64,000 nt of DNA from Oculina patagonica. Taxonomy: Eukaryota. The notes below the pieces were generated by a model. That model had not been told where the DNA came from, made no database searches, and saw only the letters and a list, made by a program, of their open reading frames with translations. Location of the stretch: positions 27,404,001-27,468,000 of the forward strand of contig NC_135762.1 of assembly GCF_052425735.1 (NCBI RefSeq). The letters are read 5' to 3'. This document shows positions 1-13,882 of this stretch, piece by piece; position 1 is the stretch's first letter; the number at the start of each line of letters is the position of its first letter. The translations under genes were made by a program, and so were the position numbers.

Positions 1-229
1 TTAGAAAAGTCAGTAGAACCTTGTCATGTATGTTGCAGGTTATGTATCCAGTTCTGCTATTTGCAAGCGCTTTTCTACACTTTTTCATGCATAATCGCTC
101 CCTACGTTTAGTCTACCCCAAGCCGTCTCACAAAAGAGCAATTTTAAAGATTAAAGAGAGCGCTGTTAGGCAATCGCTGCGAGCTTTAGCTTTTGTCGAG
201 CGCTGCTAAAGATGATCAAGAATACCTAC

Positions 230-240
230 CGTGTCGCCAT
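230..240 (-). CDS. Probable first coding exon (ATG GCG ACA CG) of a gene running off the left edge
   Basis: Minus strand reads aagaaaATGGCGACACG|GTAGGT: good start context followed by a donor site. No further exons are visible in the window. Confidence 0.45.
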
Positions 241-1276
241 TTTCTTGAATGGCTGACTGTCCTATTCCAGCTACACATCGAATAGGGACTCGCCTGAGGA
301 GCAGAGAGCCTCGCTGAATTGAAAATCTACTGCCTATCGTTCGTAGAAACATTGTTGAATCGAATGTCCTTCGCAGACTGTCTGTTGCCGAAACAGTTTT
401 GTGCTAATGTATATATTACTTCCCGGCTTACTTTGTAAATTTATGGATTTTCCGATTGATGTGGGGGAGTGTTGTGGGCGTTGGTAGAGCGACGAATTTG
501 ATTGGCTGGCAAACAATTGAAACCAACAGCAGGAATCGTCAGGCGTGCACGACATCACAATCGAACCCAAAATAAACACGGCTCCCAGGAGGCGAAAACC
601 GATAACAAATTTTGCATTGTGATTTTATTAGATGTTAAAATCCTTCCACGAAAGCCTCAATACATGTATAATTTTCCTCCAAGAAAACTGCCGAATCGAA
701 AAAGGAAACTAAATTGAAGTTACACCGTTTGTGACATCACATGACAACATGGTACACTTGCCGGCTTTTCACAGCAAAACCTTTTCCTTCAGAAAGATAA
801 TTTTAGTACTATGTGGAAGCAACACTTCTTAGTGAAACTGATCGTTTTTATTCCAACTATTTCATTCTCCTTCCGTTTTTGCAAATTGGAAGTCTGAAGT
901 TCACAATTATTCTAATTAGCACACATTTCTAACGGCATGCTTTTTGCACTTCCGTGAATCTGACGTGAATCCTCGTGATTAAGGCCCGTGCAATTTTGAA
1001 CGTTTCTTCAATTAAACAAGACACAATTGTACTGCAAATAAATAATGACAATATGCTATTGAAACGGAAAATAAAGAGCTTTCTCTGTTTACTCAAGTTA
1101 TCAGGCAGTCAGTATGACATACTTGAGGAAAATGAAAAAAATACACAGGAGTAAGAATGAAATGTTACGTTTTATTGATGAATTTGTCAAAATAATTAAA
1201 ACACTAAGAAGCCACATAAGTTCTTTTAATTAAAACACTGCCAGCTCTCAAACTAAAACAAGTAGTAATGGAAATA

Positions 1277-1452
1277 CAGTTGAATCCCGATAACTCAAAC
1301 CTTCAAGGAAAGTCGAAAAAGGTTCGAGATATCGGGAGTTCGAGTTATCGAGGGTAGAATTAGTAAGAAAATGACCTGAAGGGAAAACGAAAATGGTTCG
1401 AGTTAGCGGGAGGTTCGAGTTACTGAGGGTTTGAGTTATCGGGATTTAACTG
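1277..1452. mobile_element. Tc1/mariner (pogo/Tigger-type) MITE
   Basis: TIRs CAGTTGAATCCCGATAACTC...GAGTTATCGGGATTTAACTG with TA on both sides. Related copies at about 8299-8460 (degenerate) and 49612-49918. Confidence 0.8.
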
Positions 1453-1637
1453 TATATCATTATATTGATAAAAATCTTTCAATGTGGGTAGGGAAGCAGC
1501 TCTCGCATGGTCTGACATGAATGGTTTGCTACTCTTGGAGGGAACAAAACAACAAACAGCAACAATGCCCCTAGCCCCTAAAACGATAGCAACTGCTACT
1601 CTAGAGGATCAGTAGAATTACAAATGAAGGCATTTCC

Positions 1638-1940
1638 CCCCAGGGGGGTACTTGCAGTATACATGACGGGGGGGTCCAACGGAGCTTCATATTGCGAACC
1701 CAAAAAAATACATGAGCCTGAAATTTTACACCCAAAAAAATACCTGGCATCAAAATTTTCTACCCCAAAAAGTACAAGACCTAGCACCTCGATACTGACT
1801 ATTCAATCAAACAGACTTTAAGACCTAAACAAATACATGACAGATCTCTTGATCCAAAAAAATACAGAGGGTGTAAATTTTCAACCCAACAAAATACGTC
1901 GGACCTCCCCGTCATGTATACTGCAAGTACCCCCCTGGGG
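1638..1940. mobile_element. MITE with CCCCAGGGGGGTAC TIRs
   Basis: TIRs over 30 bp (CCCCAGGGGGGTACTTGCAGTATACATGACGGGG and its reverse complement); direct repeat CATTTCC at 1631-1637 and 1941-1947. Confidence 0.85.
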
Positions 1941-2671
1941 CATTTCCATAGAGCAAGTCTAACAAAAATTTGCTCAACACGGGACTAACTACTACCTTCT
2001 CTTGTTAAAGAGATTAAGGGAGAATGTCAGCTAATTTTGATTCTGTTTATTTTTCCTCAAATTTTATATCAAAGACATCCATCCATCAGAAAAATTTAAA
2101 AAAATTCTCATCGAACAACAAATGCAAAACTGCTCTTACACAAGTTGAAATGACAATTGGCGCAGGTGGCTTTGCAATTTACAGGAAAAAAAGATTTAAA
2201 CACTCTTTTACAGTGCAGGTTCAATATGCTAGCATTTCCAATTTGGAGGGAATAACTGACAATTTATGAGCAGCAGTAAGACAAACGATTCCATATTGGA
2301 ATAAGTGACATACAATGGAAATTGCAAGAACTCAATAAAAGATCACTGGTCAGAATTGACTTGATTTTAAAATACAAATAATTTTTCCAGTTAGGGGAAT
2401 TTGTCTGTAGAAATGGTTAAGACAACATCGGTTTTCTTCATCATACCTCTTTAAATATCAGTATTTCCTTGTTTAGAGGTATTTTTCAAGAACCTAATAT
2501 TCAAATAAAAAAAGAAAAATCCAAATGGTCTTTTCTTAACATCTCATAAAATTCCAGAGAACTATGTTTTTGAGAATTTGCAAAAATTGCATAGAATCTT
2601 CCACTTCAAACACTTAAAAAACAGGACTTGATCGGCCTTGTTCTTGTTTGATACTGGCAATGCTGTTGATG

Positions 2672-4769
2672 TTAGTATCCAGGATTGATTCGTCGATGTT
2701 TCCCCTTTTTTACAGGACTTGACATTTCATCATCTTCATCAGCTACGTCAGTGTCGACTCCAGCACCATCTGTTATGGCATTAGCCAGCATGTCAGGTAT
2801 TCTGGTGATGTCACCTGGTCAATAAAAAAATATAAAAACAAAAAAAAAATATTAACCTTTCATGCTTTGACATCACTGTGTGATTGAACTATCCAATAAT
2901 CAAGTTCACAAACTTAAGTTGTGCTATACCAGGGCCATAGTCAGTCTTGTGGCACAGATGATGCAAGATCTGCAATCACCACAAGGAGGGGGGCATATCT
3001 CCTCAGAATAGTTTTAAATAAAGAAGCTCTGACATGCAATTTTCAGCATTGTTCATAAGGTATTTCTTCAGAAAAATCAATGTTGTTCGACTGAGGATTA
3101 TTTTCCCAACTAGACCTATCGGTATTCTGTTTTTCATGTTGGGTTAAAATCTAGACCAGACGAGGTCTTTGTCTTGCCTCTTGCTAGCATTGGCCCTGTA
3201 TACTCTTCTCTGTTTTTGACACAGATCTCAGAGAGAATCATCTATTAGATGAAGACAGTCAGGAGAAACGTTACTCACATGCTACTGCTGTCACACAGAG
3301 ACTCCTGGTAAAGCGTCTGCCAAATTTGCTCTGTGTGGCAAGGCTGTAACGAAAAATGTTATTGATTTACATCATTCTTGACCCCAGAGCCACTTGCCTG
3401 TCTTAACTAGCTGAGCCTTGGGGACACGTGAATTGATTGGGTAGAACTTTATACAAAGGTACAATTGATTGGCTAGATTTTAATTCTCTGTATACATGTA
3501 TGTACAAGGCCCAATCACTATCGAAAATATTCAGATTTTGTTATTCTTGCAAAGTTGCAGTCCAAAGTTTTTATTTGGTCACTGATGAGTATAAGCTATC
3601 ACATCCAGGTCTGGGTTGTTCTCAGTGGGGAAAATTTACCAGATAAACCAATATCCAGTGGCTAAGTGTTTGTCAGCTATCCACCGAACAGTAATTTTAC
3701 TGGCCCTCCGGTTACTCAAACAATTGATAACACTATTATTAGCATGGTTGCTGCATCACAAAAAAGTTGCTTCATCGCAGCAATTATAATATTTCATACT
3801 GATGACAGAGGAATTGGTGTAGAAGTATATCTGACTTGCTGTTTACTAGCGTGGGAAACATCATAACAGAGCAATGAACAACTGCAGATACTATGGATGA
3901 ATCCATCTAAGCCAATTCTCCCGGATACAGACCAGATCTCTTGGTCCCCTGCACAGTCCTCCAAATCTCCCTGATATGAAGGAAAGTACTTGAAGTAGAT
4001 GTTTTCACACTCATTTTGGCTAATTTCAGGGGGGAGGGGTTGTTTGGATACTTCATTTTGTGGTTGAATAAGTTTCCCCAACCATTTTTGGAGTTGATCT
4101 CCTGAATTTTGATTTTCATAGGTTGTCATCGTTGTGGATCTTTGTGGAACACGTCATCAAAGTGGAATTTTTCGAGCAGGGGACGAAATAGACTGGGTCC
4201 CAAATGAGTTTAGGGCTCCAGGACTTCAGGCCCAAAATATGTGGGGTCCAAGGATCAGGACCCCCAAAACAGGCTCAGTGGAAAAAATTTCTCAGGGCTC
4301 CATGTTCTGCAGCAAAGGGTGCATAGGGCTACATCCCCGCTTTAGGAACCTTAATAGAAGGCCTGTCACTCAACTGGCTAGTTCCAGTCCCTCACATTCT
4401 ACAGTTGATCTTCTTATGCTTCAATTTCAACTCTCTACTTACAATTGACTACCCGTCGTCGACCTTCCTAACAGCCCACTCTGAAGAACCAGCCCTGTAG
4501 AAGTTAATAAATAAACGATCAACAACTATTTTACAGATCTGGGTAGGAATATTACGAACACTGCATGCACGTGCGTTCATGACAGCTTATGTAATGTCTT
4601 ACCTTCCCCACAGCTCCCTTTCTGTAGCCTTGAAGCATGGCGCTGCAAAAAGAAAGATCTCGTTCAGCAGAATGCAAACCTTAACTACATTAAAGAAATT
4701 TACACCTACCACCAAACGTGCAGAAGAAGAAAGCTTTGAAATCGAACGAAAACACCGACTCGTCAACAT
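2672..4769 (-). CDS. Uncharacterised 131-aa protein with mitochondrial-presequence-like N-terminus (6 exons)
   Basis: Exons 4769-4710, 4642-4603, 4494-4453, 3845-3800, 3343-3279, 2814-2672; all GT-AG and phase-compatible (396 nt). Protein MLTSRCFRSISKLSSSARLVRHASRLQKG...FGRRFTRSLCVTAVACDITRIPDMLANAITDGAGVDTDVADEDDEMSSPVKKGKHRRINPGY*. Exon 4 is the least certain. Confidence 0.65.
2930..3198. mobile_element. hAT-like non-autonomous element with 5-bp TSD
   Basis: CAGGGCCA...TGGCCCTG ends; TATAC at 2925-2929 and 3199-3203. A related copy at 44706-44944 has TGATA/TGCTA flanks. Confidence 0.6.
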
Positions 4770-4855
4770 GGCGGAATTATTTTTTCTGCGCCTGCGCCAG
4801 CGGTGATCAACCGCGCAATGGCCCATGGGATCGTTCTCTTTTAGCGGCAGTCATC
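4770..4855. promoter_or_regulatory. Compact bidirectional promoter/5'UTR region with TOP-like pyrimidine tract
   Basis: 86 nt between divergent ATGs (4769 minus, 4856 plus). TTCTCTTTT at about 4834-4842 precedes the RPS3 ATG, as expected of a ribosomal-protein 5'TOP/TCT initiator. Confidence 0.6.
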
Positions 4856-8720
<3,865 letters not shown>

Positions 8721-9900
8721 AAGTTATCAGGTGCGTTTTGTTTGATTTAAGTTGCATTTGTATAGCTAATGGAACAAGTGGCATGTTGACAACATTCTTG
8801 CCCAAAAATAGTGCCCATAAGTGGATGTGCTTGTTTGTGGCTGGGGTCATTTTTGCCTTTTTTTAGTTGTTTCAACTGTATGCAGGATCTTTCAGTGGAC
8901 CTTTTTCATGTTGTCTATGAGTTATATCATGTTTGTGTTAATTGCCCTCCAGACTCATTTTGTAGGTTAAATTCTTTTTGTATGTTGTACAACAACAAAT
9001 GCAAAACTTTATTACCCTTGTACATGCTGATGAGGCTTGAAGGGCAGATAAGCATAAACACAATAGAATAACAAATGGATGAAAAAGGTATAATTATTTT
9101 CAAAAATGTATTCCACATTCTAGCCCAAGTAAAGGGCTGTCTCCCTTTTTGCATGCACCATTCTTCCCAACTTAAAGAGATCTCCGAGTCAATGTCCCTG
9201 ATTAGTTATTGCTCAGTTCGCATTTTGGCACTCAAGTGACAACCAATTCAAGACACAATGCAAAACTGTATCAAGCTACATCGCCAGAATAGAACATTTT
9301 TGGAAAATAGAGTCATCTCTCAAAAGAGGAAGAGCAAGATCTGTTTATTTAGGCTGTCCACTGGCAAAGGTGTCTGTTAACGTAGGTTTGACTGTAGTTA
9401 ATTTTTTTTTTTGTTTTTTTTTGCAGGTTTGAAAGATCCAACCAGCTGTTTTCCATCTGCTGTGTAAAAAATAATTCCAAGTATAGAAAATAAACAACTC
9501 TCTCAAACAAACTGAAAACTGCCTTGTTTATTGCATTTGTTAACAATACATTATTAACAGTCATAAAACATAACGCTGTTCTAAATTTCTTCTCTTTGAG
9601 AAAGAAGTTCTATTAAAATGTCTTAAAAGCCCTACAGATTATTGTGACAAGGCAAAATGCTAAAAGATCAGTTTTTTGTTTAACTCCAAACAAAAATGCT
9701 AAAATACCCACAAGCAGACTCGTGTGGACAGGAAGAAGTCCATATACATTATGAGCAAACATGATTTTTCCATGGCAATCATTATTTTAGACTTCTTCTC
9801 TCCCAGTAAGTCTGTTCCTGGGAAACCAAGGAATCCATTGTGGTTAAAAGTTCTCTGTAAAATTATAACCAAAAATATAGAAAATGATTATAGCTGCAGA

Positions 9901-9970
9901 TTGCCATGCTCCATCAAACATTTCTGAGGCTTATAAGCTTTTCCAGAGATGTCATCATCTTGCGTGGCTA
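9901..9970 (-). promoter_or_regulatory. SECIS element (type II) in the 3'UTR of the PUB-domain gene
   Basis: Minus strand: GCCACGC aag AUGAU GACAUCUCUGG AAAA GCU uaua AGC cu CAGAAAUGUU UGAU gga GCAUGGC. AUGA at 9958-9955, 12 nt, then AA at 9942-9941; apical mini-stem; about 11-bp helix II; UGAU at 9916-9913 completes the G.A/A.G quartet; helix I GCCAcGC/GCaUGGC. Confidence 0.88.
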
Positions 9971-10013
9971 ATGCCTATCATTTGCATCATTGGAATTTTG
10001 ATCCAATGGAAAA

Positions 10014-13000
10014 CTATCCTCATCCTCCACCCTAAAACAACAACACAAAATAATTCTGTAAGACCTCAGTCAAATAAATAAGAAAAAAAGCAAAACTGCA
10101 GATTCTTGAGGGTGAACATCTTGTTTTTACTCAAAATGTCAGCCTTTGCCGGCAGGTGTAAAATTCAAGTGCCGAGAAACCATCTGGGAATGAAGCAATA
10201 GCCTGCATACAATGTAGCTGGGCAGTTCCCTCCTCCCCATAGCGGGCTTCCTCTAAAGACTGCTGCTTAATTTTTGTGGCTCCACTGCTCATTTCATCTT
10301 AACCAGCTCCGTAGGCTTACAAAAACATAAGTAAGGGGAGGTATTGAAGTTACAAGCTTTTTACTTCTATTGACCACCAGCAGTCCCTATTTATTTTTGC
10401 AGTCCATTGAGTATGAAGTGAAACAAAAAATGACTGCAATTTTTTTTTGCTTTACGTTCAATGGACGGCAAAAATAAATAAGGACTTCTGTTGGACCCCC
10501 TCCCCTTTCCCACATACCATGAGCCCCATTTGCAATATACCTAATAAGAGAAGAAATTTGATGTTAGTACATCCTAAATACCTTGTTCAGGTCAACACCA
10601 ATGTCCTCAAATTTTGTCATCTTTCCACTAAACTTGTCAAGTTTTTTTGCCCTCTGAAATGTAAAAGTTATTACAAAAAGTTATTAGTCAGAATGTTTTG
10701 AAAAAATTGATGTGTAGTTTTTTAATAACATCAACTTACGGATTCTCTGATCTGTCTGTCTTTCAAATCCTTTCTGTCAGCCTCAATCTGTGTGCAAGGA
10801 TTAAAACAATGTAACGTTACACAGAATGGGTTTTCTAGCTAAAGCTCTTAGCTGCCATGTCTGTCAAAGGAACATCAAGCAAAAACGATGTAAAAAATAC
10901 TTAATTACCCGTGCTTTGATTCTTGCTTTTTCTTCATCTTCCAACTTTTTCTTTTCCATAAGTTTCCTTCTTTCTTCTTGTAATTGTTTTTCTTTTTCTG
11001 TGAGCTGTTATCAAAATAATTAAACTTGTACAAAAACATTATTATACAAAAACATTTAAATTGGGAGTTTGAATTTTTTAAGCAGTACTGGCAGGTACAT
11101 GTAACATGAACAGTTGGGACTTACAGGCATTTATCTATGGTTTTGTATAACTTAGCCAGGTTTGTTGAGTGAAAAGGACTAAATGATGATAATGATCGAG
11201 AGAAACCCAGGTTCATTCCCCTACATGTAAAGTAATTTAAATACTGGTAATTCCTTTCAATGCATCTTTCAATATTGGCTTTAGAACTTGAAGGTCCTTC
11301 ATGTTGGATGTTGAATGTATAGTAAGGCAGTCGCAAGTTAGAATCACTAAAAAATAAAACAACTTCTCCTGATGTGGACTACAGATATTGTACAGAAAGT
11401 ACTTAGGAGAATTTTGATTTTGATGTTGGTGTTAGTTACGGACTAACAACTCACAGGTTCAGATTTTGAGGCTGCTCCTGCACTTGGTCTTGACGTAATA
11501 GCACTGTAAAAAAATTTATCATTAATAATTTAAATCTTCTATAATATTAATTAACATATTCATGGTGAGTACAACAAAACATCTTAAGCTTGCAAACCCA
11601 GGGGGGGTACTCCGGGATCAAAGTGACGGGGATGATCGAATGGAGGCAAAACTCAGGACCCAAAAAAATCCCTAACTCTCCCGACATTACCCAAAAAAAT
11701 CCATGGACCAAAAAAAACGCCCAAAAAAATCCCTAGTCAAATTACCCCTAAATTGCCAAGGACGCGCCAAGGCACTTTAGTTTGATTTTAATACCCCAAA
11801 AAATCCCCTATTTAAATCAAGTCACCCAAAAAAATACCTGCCAAATTCTCCTACCCAAAAAAATCCCGGAATCGAAAATTTCGACCCCAAAAAAATCCTT
11901 CGCACATCCCCGTCACTTGGATCCCGGAGTACCCCCCTGGGCTTGCAAACGTAGATGGATTTCCTGTTGTTCTTTCATGCTGCCGAAAAAAAACATATAG
12001 ATCTTCAGATAACAAGGATACAGGTTCAACTGTATGTTTTTATATCTTACTCACTTTAATTTCTTTAATAAGATTTGTTTCACCAGTTGAATGTCCTCGT
12101 CTGATGGAAGAACGACACATTCTTCAACCTGTTAACAAGTTCAAATTAGGTATATATCAAAATACAAGTAAAGAGCTTCTGATCCTGATTTATCCACTTT
12201 AAGCAACTTGGGCTTCCTGTGGTTAAATAATAAATATTGTCCACAGCATACCTCAATCCATCCCCAGTGAAAAAGAAACTGCTGGGCCTCTGGTAAACTC
12301 CAAACTTTTGAAGAAAATGATTTGTTTTGTATTTTAACCCTGCGGTACTTTTCATCATCAGGAGACTTGATAATGTTGCTAGGAAAAAGAATAAATTACA
12401 AGGAATTTGAGTGAACAGATCAACAAGACTCAAAAAAATACTGAGTTAAGAGGGGAGCATTGGGGTTTTTCAGTTTTGGTCATTTTTAGATCGGTTTTTC
12501 GGTTTCGGCAACGAAAATCTGCTGTTTTAATTTCAGTTTTGGTGTCTTTTTGCGGTTTGTGGAATTTTCTTTTATTAGCATTTGGTTTTCGGTTTTTGGC
12601 AAAAATTCTTTCGGATTTGGTATTTGATGTGGTTTTCGGTATTTCCCATTTGATTCCCTGTTTCTCTGCAGCAATTATGACCAAACTTGCTTTTATGTTC
12701 AAAATGCAGGTTTTAGTATAAATATTATTAGCTCGAAACTGATCAGAAATGTCAAAAATGTATAAGAAAAACCCCTTTTTTAAAACTTTCCAGGTGTCGA
12801 TAGGTTAAGGTAAGGGTTTCAGAAATTGAAATTTTGTGCGCTGTTTTCAGTTTTAGTTGAAATTTACTGCGGTTTTGCAGTTTTGGATGATTTTTTTGTG
12901 TGGTTTTATGGATTCTTATAAGCCCCAACATGCCCCCTCAGTAAAATATTTCAGTGAAAACCATTTAGCCCTGTGAAGGAAGGTTATGGTAAGTCTGCAT

Positions 13001-13665
13001 ACAAGCCTTGTGGCCCATCAGGCTGGAACTTCTCCCAGTTTCCTAAGCATGAAATGACTAGCTAGGAGTATTTCTTCTCATCCCAGGATGAGATGCTAGT
13101 CCATCACAGGGTTATCCCCAGTACCCATTTATTACACCTGGGAGGAGAGGCACTATGAGAATAAAGTGTCTTGCCCAAGAACAGGGCTCAATCCCAGACT
13201 GCTCGATCCAGAGCCCCTTTCCCTTCCCCTCCCCCTCCCGTTCTCCCCCCTCCCACACACCCCTAGGCGCTAGGCCCTTGGACGTGCAAGACTCCATGTA
13301 AACAAGTGCATTGTTTATGTTTACTGTACAAGAGACAAACGAACATGCTCAAATTGTGAGCACCACATAAAAACACTTCCTAGAGAATATTAAAGACTAC
13401 ATTAGCTTTACTTTGCAAGTGTCAGAAGCGTTTCGATTGCCTGTCTCGCCGTCTCACGGTCGTGTTCCTTGCAAAGAGACTGTAGTGACGAAATTAATGC
13501 GTGTTCTCTTTCTCCTTCTCCAAGCTTGCTTCCACCCTATAACGTACAGATTACAATGAGAACAAGTGCATGAATTTCTTCTGAAATCAAATACACAACA
13601 TTACGTACAGTCACGCAATAAAGAAATGTAAAACGAAAGTATTTTCTCACCGAGCTCGCGGCCAT
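10014..13665 (-). CDS. PUB-domain/coiled-coil protein with C-terminal GGG-Sec-G (candidate selenoprotein), 9 exons, 207 aa
   Basis: Exons 13665-13651, 13536-13412, 12378-12252, 12128-12055, 11503-11455, 11004-10909, 10787-10740, 10653-10582, 10031-10014; all GT-AG and in phase (624 nt). PUB signature AIETLLTLANNIIKSPDDEKYRRVKIQNKSFSSKVWSLPEAQQFLFHWGWIE; charged coil EEKARIKARIEADRK; ends TKFEDIGVDLNKGGG-TGA-G-TAG with a downstream SECIS. Confidence 0.88.
11597..11941. mobile_element. MITE with CCCAGGGGGGGTAC TIRs
   Basis: TIRs CCCAGGGGGGGTACTCCGGGATC / GATCCCGGAGTACCCCCCTGGG; 8-bp direct repeat CTTGCAAA on both sides. Same end type as 1638-1940. Confidence 0.85.
12990..13215 (-). mobile_element. 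Degenerate tRNA-derived SINE copy
   Basis: Shares the TTCTTGGGCAAGACACTT and GGACTAGCATC blocks with the intact SINE at 48658-48958. Confidence 0.7.
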
Positions 13666-13882
13666 GTTTACAGCTGTGAATCAGCGCCTTTTTGTTATTA
13701 TCCTTAGCTTTTACATGACGCAAAAATTGCCACAGTGGTAGTCCGCTGACTTTTTGCAGGCTCACAACCTATTTTCAACAAAAATCGTCCGCGTGTGCAC
13801 CAAGTTTTGCCGTTAATTTTTTTTGGCTTTGAGTCGTTAATATGGGAAAACACTGCGTTTAAAGTTTATAGTAGAGACGAAA

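Noticed and set aside
3794-4129. 111-aa ORF as a stand-alone gene
   Set aside because: It lies within the 131-aa gene, mostly in an intron; it has no recognisable motif, and the exon that fits the model uses another frame.
10200-10320. Alternative last exon for the PUB gene
   Set aside because: The acceptor is weak (TTTGTAAG) and the peptide is uninformative; the 10031 acceptor (TTGTTTTAG) is strong and leads to the GGUG motif and SECIS.
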